This document shows positions 11,801 to 20,246 of a stretch of DNA of 64,000 nt, piece after piece; position 1 is the first letter of the stretch; every line of letters starts with the position of its first letter. The notes below the pieces were generated by a model. The model had not been told where the DNA came from. It saw nothing but the letters and a program-made list of their open reading frames with translations, and made no database searches. The DNA comes from Macrostomum lignano (taxonomy: Eukaryota). The position numbers were made by a program, and so were the translations under genes. The stretch lies in contig NIVC01002459.1 in the NCBI GenBank assembly GCA_002269645.1, positions 1-64,000 of the forward strand, given 5' to 3'.

Positions 11801-14800
11801 CAGCTCATTGACACGGCATCTTTGAATATGGGACCGAGGACTCAGCTGCTGCACATTCTGCACGACAGACACGGACCGCTGTACGCTCTGTCAGGTGGGT
11901 TTGGGGAGATCCCTCACGGTAATGTTGTGGTCTTATATCCTAACCCTGAAACTCCTGTACATGCTACCCTTGAATTCCTGTACATGCTACCCTGAAGTTC
12001 CTGTACATGCTACCCTGAAGTTCCTGTACATGCTACCCTGAAGTTCCTGTACATGCTACCCTGAAATTTCTGTAGTGTGCATGCTACCCCGAGATCCCTA
12101 CACACGTGACCCTGAGATCCCTGCACACGTGACCCTGAGATCCCTGCACACGTGACCCTGAGATCCCTGCACACGTGACCCTGAGATCCCTGCACACGTG
12201 ACCCTGAGATCCCTGCACACGTGACCCTGAGATCCCTGCACACGTGACCCTGAGATCCCTGCACACGTGACCCTGAGATCCCTGCACACGTGACCCTGAG
12301 ATCCCTGCACACGTGACCCTGAGATCCCTGCACACGTGACCCTGAGATCCCTGCACACGTGACCCTGAGATCCCTGCACACGTGACCCTGAGAACCCTGC
12401 ACACGTGACCCTGAGAACCCTGCACACGTGACCCTGAGAACCCTGCACACGTGACCCTGAGATCCCTACACAAGTGACCCTGAGAACCTTGTAATCGCAA
12501 ATATCTTGATGATATTCCTAACAACTTAACACCTCGAATACCTTGATTCGCAAATTTTGTGCTGTCTAACTCACCAGAACAACATTGCCCCCCCCCCGCC
12601 GCAGGCGGAACCGAAACTGTCTCGCACCGGCTGGAAGACCTCAGTCGCACTGCCGGTGTCCAGCAGCGCTGGGCCATCGTGCGCTACGCTTCGGCCATCC
12701 TGCGCAAAGAAGTGGACAGCCTGGCTCCTTCCCTATCCAACGTTATCGTTGCCGGCAAGAAGATCATAATTGGCTCGGATATTGTCATAGACAGGCCGCT
12801 CACGCCTAAAGAGCTGTGTCAGATTATGTATGCCCAGTACCCGCCAGGACCGTCTGGCAAGGCGGTGCTGCTGCAGGAGCTGATCCTGTTCCTGGGCTCG
12901 CTCATCAGCCGTGATAACTCGCTGTTTCGCGGTATCTACTATATCAGGCTGGACCCGCTGGTTGACGCTCTGGACATCGAATTGGAGAATGTTGATGATG
13001 CCTTGTATGGCGGCTGCAAGATACTGCAGAATCTGTCCCCGTATAAGGTGACAGCTGAGCGGGCTGGGCACGGGTGTCTCTGGGGGATCAGTGCACAGAT
13101 TGGATCACTGACAGATGGGATCACTAGACAGATGGGATCACTGTCAGATAGGATCACTAGACAGATGGGATCACTAGACAGATAGGATCACTAGACAGAT
13201 GGCATCACTGACAGATGGGATCACTGAAAGATTGAATCACTGAAAGATTGAATCACTGAAAGATTGAATCACTGGATAGATGGGATCACTGGACAGATGG
13301 GATCACTAGACAGATAGGATCACTAGACAGATGGGATCACTGGATATATGGGATCACTGGATATATACGATCACTGACAGATGAGATCACTAGACAGATG
13401 TGATCACTAGACAGATGGGATCACTGAAAGATTGAATCACTGGACAGATGGGATCACTGGACAGATGGGATCACTGGACTTATAAAGTGAGAGGCTCACG
13501 GGCTTGATGGAGACGGTGCCAATACTCAACACAAAAATGCCGCCACACCATCGCAGATCCAATCCCTGTTGGTGTCCATCCTTCGTCGGGACCGTCTCCG
13601 GGATCCCTACTGGCAGCGCCGGATCGACGGCTGCCTCTGCCGGGTGCCGCCCGGCTTCTACGAAGGCGTCTACGGCGTGCTGGAGGCCTGCACCGGCGGT
13701 GTGCGCATCGGCAGCACCCTGATAGAGCAGTACCCCTGCCTGAATGACATGTCCCGCAACGATGCCAACTTTGTGTTCGCTGTGCAGGCTATTCTGGCCA
13801 GGTATACTGCTTTATATGCTGTTTGTGGGATCTGGATTGCGTGTGGATTCTGTTGGATTGGGTATGGGATCTGTTAGATTTGGTATGGGATCTGTTGGAT
13901 TGGGTATGGGATCTGTTAGATTTGGTATGGGATCTGTTGGATTGGGTATGGGATCTGTTAGATTTGGTATGGGATCTGTTGGATTGGGTATGGGATCTGC
14001 TAGATTTGGTATGGGATCTGTTGGATTGGGTATGGGATCTGTTAGATTTGGTATGGGATCCATACATGCGCAACTTCTGAAATTACGCTGGCCGTGCGAC
14101 TTAGTTTTCGATAAAAAATGCGACTTACCTATGAAAGAGCCAAGCAAAAACTTTAGGTAAACGGCAGGAGTAACTATGACCATATTTTTAAAGCTAAATG
14201 CCTCGCCAGCTAATTAGTGCTGCGTGCAGATTCCGCGTTTTTATAACAGCTAATCAGTATGTCATCTAGTGGCGGCATGAAGCAATTGGTAAATTGTCAG
14301 TACAGTGTAGTGAGCATACTACAAAAGTCATGATTCATAAATGTCCAGAAGTAAGTGAAGTGAATACAGTGTGACCTATAGCTCAAGAACGATTTGCTAG
14401 ACGATTTGGCATGGAAGATGAGAGCCCTGATTCAGATGGCTCATCAGATGCAGAATACGAATCCAGTAGAGATACAAGCTGTGAAAACCCACAGATTTTT
14501 AAACCACTGAATTCTAATTCCCGGAACTATTTTTGCATAGATTCTAAATTTGAAGTCATGCTCAAACAAAAACTTGTTAACAGTTAGGAAAAAGGCAAAG
14601 ATGGGAGTAATGCATGTTAAACTAAGATTTGAGGCCTTTGCAAATTCTCTCCATTCCTCAATCTTCTCATCCTCTTTTTCTTTTCTCTCTCATCCCTTAT
14701 CCCTTCTCTCTTTCCTCTCCTCTCTCCTCTCTTTCCTCTCCTCTCCTATCTCTTCTGTCTCCTCTCTACATTCTTATCTCTCCTCTTGTCTCTCTCCATT

Positions 14801-17786
14801 CCACTCTACTCTCTCATCTTATCTTCCCTCTCGTCTCTCTCCACTCTACTCTCTCATCTTATCTCTCCTCTCTTTTCTACTCTCTCATCTCTCCTCTCTT
14901 CACTCTCCTCTCATCTCCTCTTTATCCTCTCTTCTCTCATCTACTCTCTCCTCTTTCCTCTTTCCTCTCTTCTGATCTTATCCATCATCTTTTCTTTCCT
15001 CTTTTCTCTCATCTCCTCTTCTCTCTCATCTCTTTTTCCTCCCTCAGCTTTTCTCTCCTCTTCTATCTTTTCTCCCATCGCATCGCTCGCCTCTCCTCTG
15101 TTTGCTTATCTCTAATCTTCTATTCCCTCTACTTTGAAGTAAGAAAATATGCACATATTTTTGCTGAAGATAAGAGGAGAGAAGAGGGCATTGAGGAGAA
15201 AGGGTAGAGAGAAAGGGGGAGAAGAGAGGAGAGTAAAAATGAGAGGAGAGAGAAGAGGGAAAAGGGGGAGAGAGAGAAGAGGGGAGGCAAGGTAGAGAAG
15301 AAGAGAGAGATGAGAGTTGAAGAGACACCAACCTTGCTACTCGTAGTTAGGAAGTTTCAAAGAACCCGAGGGGCGAGGGCCAGATAGAGGGGCTTCGCGA
15401 GCCGGAGTTTGCCAACCCCTGCTCCAGAGTTTAAGAAATGACGCGGGCTTCTGATTTCAAAGATCTTGTCTGTGGTTGAAGGCTTCTATTCTGTTTTTGC
15501 TCTCCTGCCACACTTGCACCTACTACCCCTGATTGCCTCTGATTGTGACTTACTTCCCTCTTATTGCGACTTAGTTGCTTCTTTTTGCGACTTACCTAAT
15601 CCTTTTTGCGACTTACTTAATCCTTTTTGCGACTTACCTAATCCTTTTGCGACTTACCTAACCCTTTTGCGACTTACCTAATCCTTTTTGCGACTTACTT
15701 AATCCTTTTTGCGACTTACTTAATCCTTTTGCGACTTACCTAACCCTTTGCGACTTACCTAACCCTTTGTGACTTACCTAATCCTTTTTGCGACTTACCT
15801 AATCCTTTTTGCGACTTACTTAATCCTTTTTGCGACTTACCTAATCCTTTTGCGACTTACCTAACCCTTTTGCGACTTACCTAACCCTTTGCGACTTACC
15901 TAACCCTTTGTGACTTACCTAATCCTTTTTGCGACTTACCTAATCCTTTTTGCGACTTACTTAATCCTTTTTGCGACTTACCTAATCCTTTTGCGACTTA
16001 CCTAACCCTTTTGCGACTTACCTAATTCTTTTTGCGACTTACTTAATCCTTTTTGCGACTTACCTAATCCTTTTTGCGACTTACCTAATCCTTTTTGCGA
16101 CTTACCTAATCCTTTTTGCGACTTACCTAATCCTTTTTGCGACTTACCTAACCCTTTGTGACTTAGCTAATCCTTTTTGCGACTTACCTAACCCTTTGTG
16201 ACTTACCTAATCCTTTTTGCGACTTACCTAATCCTTTTTGCGACTTACCTAATCCTTTTTGCGACTTACTTAATCCTTTTGCGACTTACCTAACCCTTTG
16301 TGACTTACCTAATCCTTTTTGCGACTTACCTAATCCTTTTTGCGACTTACCTAATCCTTTTGCGACTTAGCTGATCCTTTTTGTGACTTACCTAATCCTT
16401 TTTGCGACTTACCTAATCCTTTTTGGGACTTACCTAATCCTTTTTGCGACTTACCTAACCCTTTTGCGACTTACCTGATTCCTGTTGCGACTTACCTAAT
16501 CCTTTTTGCGACTTACTTAATCCTTTTTGCGACTTACCTAATCCTTTTTGCGACTTACCTAATCCTTTTTGCGACTTACCTAATCCTTTTTGGGACTTAC
16601 CTAATCCTTTTTGCGACTTACCTAACCCTTTTGCGACTTACCTGATTCCTGTTGCGACTTACCTGATCCTTTTTGCGACTTACCTGAATATTTTTACAAC
16701 TTAGTTTGCTTCTTTTGCGAATTGTTTTTCTTTTGCTTCATTATTTTCCCTGAACTGCTCTTTCTTTCGCTTTCCTCTTGCCTTTCTTGGTTCTTGTGTT
16801 TTTCTGTTTTTGGTTGACTCAATTTTGCGACTTACCCCTGGTCAGCCACGATTTACGGTGGCCGGATCGGCCAGGTCGGCCAGCAGTTGCGCATGTATGA
16901 TGGGATCTGTTGGATTGGGTATAGGACCCATTGGATTGGGTCTGGGATCCATTGGATTGGGTAGTATGGGATCCATTGGATTGTATGGGATTTGTTAGAT
17001 ATGGGTATGGGATCCGTCAGATATGGGTATGGGATCTGTTGGATTGGGTATGGGGCCTGTTAGATATAGGTATGGGATCTGTTGGATTGGGTATGGGATC
17101 CGTCAGATATAGGTATGGGATCTGTTGGATTGGGTATGGGATCTGTTAGATATAGGTATGTGATCTGTTAGATTGGGTATGGGATCCGTCAGATATGGGT
17201 ATGGGATCTGTTGGATTGGGTATGGGATCCGTCAGATATGGGTATGGGATCTGTTGGATTGGGTATGGGATCTGTTAGATATAGGTATAGGATCTGTTGG
17301 ATTGGGTATGGGATCTCTGATAGGTGTGGGGTTTACATTTTTTAAGATTCTTAGCGCTATTTTACGTTTATGTGGGATCTGCGTCGATTTTGTGGGATCT
17401 CTATTGGTTCACTCAGTGCATATTTAATAAATAAATCCGTATTGCAACGCTTGTGCAGGGAGACGCGCAACCCGGCACTGCGCCAGATGCTAGTGGAAGC
17501 CCTGGTCATCATTGAGCTCATCCTGCAGCGCAATCCGGAACTGGCAGTCAAAGAGGAACTCGACGTATTGCGGATTATCGACGAGGCTTGGCGAGATTTC
17601 AAATCCGAGCGCGAGCTGACGGGCCCGGAGGCCGACAAGTCGATGGTGCTGTTCTACCAGACCGAAGCGGTCGTGTCCCGGGGCACGTCCAGCTTTATTG
17701 CCAAGGCTGCGCTCAACTTCCTGTTGAAAGGCGAGCTCAGTTTGAGTCGCAGTAAGCAGCTTAATAGCACCTGCTTGATGTCATGA
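5836..17786 (+). CDS. PHKB: Phosphorylase b kinase regulatory subunit beta; exons 5836-6432, 7463-7869, 8507-8713, 9190-9574, 9892-10116, 11411-11894, 12605-13047, 13557-13801, 17459-17786; 1106 aa
   Basis: Motifs recognised from PHKB: YQHPISGLFP, ERAYRIPDFGMWERG, LLPRESASK, GFKRFSRDGY, LGLSGRPLRPIG, YPLLF, RNPEL, and C-terminal CaaX CLMS*. All 8 introns are GT-AG with matching phases; the spliced length of 3321 nt is divisible by 3. The exon 4 acceptor could be 9189 or 9198 (same frame). Confidence 0.95.
6490..7350. repeat. 45-bp minisatellite (CCCCATGGGATGTCCTGAGACAGTCTCCCTTCATCCCGTGTGCTC), PHKB intron 1
   Basis: About 19 near-identical copies. Confidence 0.95.
7920..8345. repeat. 23-bp minisatellite (AGAGTAGGTAGGTTGAGTAGCTT), PHKB intron 2
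   Basis: Tandem copies. Confidence 0.9.
8765..9165. repeat. Degenerate ~17-bp repeat (CCTAATCCACCCAGTC), PHKB intron 3
   Basis: Recurrent CCTAATCC core. Confidence 0.85.
9652..9870. repeat. Degenerate repeat (TAATCGCCCTCCAATGTCCTAC...), PHKB intron 4
   Basis: Recurrent TAATCGCCCTCCA core. Confidence 0.8.
10200..11150. mobile_element. Diverged copy 1 of the same MITE-like family, with an internal ~142-bp tandem amplification (about 10350-11000), PHKB intron 5
   Basis: Shares with the reverse complement of 19653-20005: GTAAACA, AATGTACAT, AAGGCAATAAAAA, GCCAATAAA.GAGC, AAAGTAGCTTACA, TAGTTATT.TAG.ATCTG. GGCTGGAACA recurs at about 10498, 10645, 10786 and 10928. Confidence 0.65.
11945..12490. 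repeat. 23-bp minisatellite, two sequential variants (TGTACATGCTACCCTGAAGTTCC then TGCACACGTGACCCTGAGATCCC), PHKB intron 6
   Basis: Tandem copies; switch near 12080-12100. Confidence 0.95.
13090..13480. repeat. 17-bp minisatellite (GATGGGATCACTAGACA), PHKB intron 7
   Basis: Tandem copies. Confidence 0.9.
13830..14060. repeat. 21-bp minisatellite (ATGGGATCTGTTGGATTGGGT), left part of an array split by the transposon
   Basis: The same unit resumes at 16900. Confidence 0.95.
14650..15320. repeat. CT-rich tract followed by a GA-rich low-complexity tract, inside the transposon
   Basis: Polypyrimidine 14650-15130, polypurine 15170-15320. Confidence 0.85.
15385..15421. mobile_element. Possible solitary end of a Charlie/Buster-type hAT element nested in the larger element
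   Basis: ...GCGAGCCGGAGTTTGCCAACCCCTG followed by CTCCAGAG, resembling a CAGGGGTTGGCAAAC-type TIR and an NTCTAGAN-type target. No matching opposite end found. Confidence 0.35.
15580..16700. repeat. 21-22-bp minisatellite (GCGACTTACCTAATCCTTTTT), inside the transposon
   Basis: About 50 copies; isolated GCGACTTA(C) seeds near both TIRs (about 14096, 14120, 16827). Confidence 0.95.
16900..17320. repeat. 21-bp minisatellite, right part of the split array
   Basis: Same unit as 13830-14060. Confidence 0.95.
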
Positions 17787-18359
17787 GACTGACTGCTAAC
17801 AGGAGGGCTTGTTTTACCGTCTTAAAGTACATGTTGACTTGTCAAACAAACCCTCTGTCTGTTTTATTAACTTTCCCTATAAAAATTGACATATTTTTGC
17901 CTGCACAATCCCCAGAATGCTACTGTTGGCATTGTCAGTACTATAGTACGCAAATTATCACCCTTTCTTAAGGACGAAACCTGTTTTCAATTGCTTCAAT
18001 CCTACGCCTTTTTAGATTTTATACCTAATATCTACCTGTAGCATATCTACAGTGCCTCGGTACGAGCTGTATCATTGTTTTGCAGATTAGTTAGCATCCA
18101 CAATTCGCTCCAATCAGCTTAAATATTGATTGAGTTGCTTGAACCTCTGCGACTGCAATGTAAATTTTAATCTATTCATAGATTTAGTCATTACTTGTAT
18201 TTTCTTATCCAAGCCAGATTAAATACATTACTAAGGTATTTACATCTTATTGTATCTAGTGACATTTTACGAGCTACCTGAAAATTTGCTTTCAATATTT
18301 TTTAGATTTAGAAGAATTTTTCATACCATATGAAAGCTTATGAATACATTTACTTTGTT

Positions 18360-18720
18360 ACAGCTAACCACCCCACTCCAAATGTACATCCCCTCGTCCC
18401 GGTCTGGCCAACCACCCCACTCCAAATGTACATCCCCTCGACCCGGACTGGCCAACCACCCCAACTCCAAATGTACATCCCCTCATCCCGGTCTGGCCAA
18501 CCACCCCACTCCAAATGTACATCCCCTCGTCCCGGTCTGGCCAACCAACCCATTCCAAATGTACATCCCCTCGTCCCGAACTAGCCAACCACCCCACTCC
18601 AAATGTACATCCCCTCGTCCCGGTCTGGCCAACCACCCCACTCCAAATGTACATCCCCTCGTCCCGGTCTGGCCAACCAACCCATTCCAAATGTACATCC
18701 CCTCGTTCCGAGCTCTCCAC
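18360..18720. repeat. 44-bp minisatellite (CCAACCACCCCACTCCAAATGTACATCCCCTCGTCCCGGTCTGG)
   Basis: About 8 copies. Confidence 0.9.
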
Positions 18721-19164
18721 CACCCCACTAAAATTCACATCCATTTGTTGGTCAATTATTATTAATCAAGTAATTATAAAACTATCGGATAAAGTCCACT
18801 CAAATTTCAAAGAAATGCATAACCAGATCTTAGAACTCACTTTATAAACAGTATTCAAGCTAGCTGCGTCACTTTTTGTTTACATTTGTAAAAATATTAG
18901 CAGCTTCTAAAAACAATTTTAATTTTTTTAATAGCTGTTAGCTCTATCTTATTTTACCCTTCAACTTTCTCAGCTTTAGATAGACTTATGTGAGTATTTT
19001 GCAGATTTTCTGCCTCTTAAATCTCGCCTGTCTGCTAGAATCTTTTTCTTTGAAAATTAACTGCAAAATAAACCCTTCAACCCATCATTATTTAACTTTT
19101 TTTTTTGCAAGGCTTTCTTTTATAATAGAAGAGTTTTGACTTTTATATGTAGAGATTGAGAAGT

Positions 19165-19635
19165 CTGGGATCAGCAATGCTCTGATTGATCAGGAGTAGA
19201 TTAGGGTCTGCTATGCTCTGATTGGTCAGGAGTAGATTAGAGTCTACTATGCGTTGATTGGTCAGGAGTAAATTAGAGTCTACTATGCTCTGATTGGTCA
19301 GGAGTAGATTAGAGTCTACTATGCTCTGATTGGTCAGGAGTAGATTGGGGTCTGTTATGCTCTGATTGGTCAGGAGTAGATTAGAGTCTGCTATGCTCTG
19401 ATTGGTTAGGAGTAGATTAGAGTCTACTATGCTCTGATTGGTCAGGAGTAGATTAGAGTCTGCTATGCTCTGATTGGTCAGGAGTAGATTAGAGTCTACT
19501 ATGCTCTGATTGGTCAGGAGTAGATTGGGGTCTGCTATGCTCTGATTGGTCAGGAGTAGATTGGAGTCTGCTATGCTCTGATTGGTCAGGAGTAGATTAG
19601 AGTCTACTATGCGTTGATTGGTCAGGAGTATAATT
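19165..19635. repeat. 36-bp minisatellite (TATGCTCTGATTGGTCAGGAGTAGATTAGAGTCTAC)
   Basis: About 13 copies. Confidence 0.95.
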
Positions 19636-19652
19636 GTTAGGCGGGAGGGATT

Positions 19653-20103
19653 ACAGATACTAGAATAACTACTAGATAAGCCACTCATCACATTGGCGTG
19701 TAAGCTACTTTCAGTTCAGTAGTAAGTTAAACAAGATTTTAATGTATTTTTAAAGCTCATTTATTGGCTCTTACCCCCCAGCCTAAACCCTACAACCCTC
19801 CAACTAAACTTTCCACACTAACCCCCCCTCTCGCCCGTCCCAATTTTTATTGCCTTCCTCCGAATTCCAGCCTAAAGCTGCCATGTACATTTCAGTGGAC
19901 TGGCCAATGTACATTATTGCTGAACCAATTAGCAAGTTGTTTACGCCTGCAAGCTTGGGTTCTGAACTTATCAAAGTCATTTAAGCTGCCTTTATTTTAA
20001 TAAAATATCTTATGAATTCTTCATTGCTACTGAACTGAAAGTAGAAAGCTGTTTTACTAAGTATATCTGCCTGAGTGGCCCAACTAGTTATTTTAAAATC
20101 TGT
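19653..20103. mobile_element. MITE-like element with long imperfect TIRs (copy 2 of family)
   Basis: Exact 18-bp inverted repeat CTACTTTCAGTTCAGTAG (19705-19722) / CTACTGAACTGAAAGTAG (20027-20044), plus outer inverted matches GCCACTCA/TGAGTGGC, AATAACTA/TAGTTATT and ACAGAT/ATCTGT. Homologous in reverse to about 10200-11150. No TSD identified. Confidence 0.65.
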
Positions 20104-20211
20104 GGCAGGGATTAGGAAAGCATTAGGAAAGCAAAGTTATTCCAGCGGTCTAGAATTTGTTAGCGTCTATGGCACAAACCCATGCGTTAGAAGTCAACCC
20201 CAAGCTTTAAG

Positions 20212-20246
20212 GCTCCTCTCTCATCCGACCTTTCGCTGCCCCGCAG
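20212..20246 (+). promoter_or_regulatory. Polypyrimidine tract and acceptor opening the gene 3 frame
   Basis: CTCCTCTCTCATCCGACCTTTCGCTGCCCCGCAG|CAG; in-frame TAA at 20208 upstream. Confidence 0.6.

Larger units (their letters stand above)
14061..16899. mobile_element. Non-autonomous hAT-like DNA transposon, 2839 bp, in PHKB intron 8
   Basis: TIRs CATACATGCGCAACTTCTG (14061-14079) and CAGCAGTTGCGCATGTATG (16881-16899), 18/19 identical. The 8-bp duplication ATGGGATC lies at 14053-14060 and 16900-16907. No intact transposase ORF. Confidence 0.85.

Noticed and set aside
14411-14587. 58-aa acidic ORF inside the hAT-like element as a transposase remnant
   Set aside because: Short, bounded by stops, with no BED finger or DDE motif recognisable.
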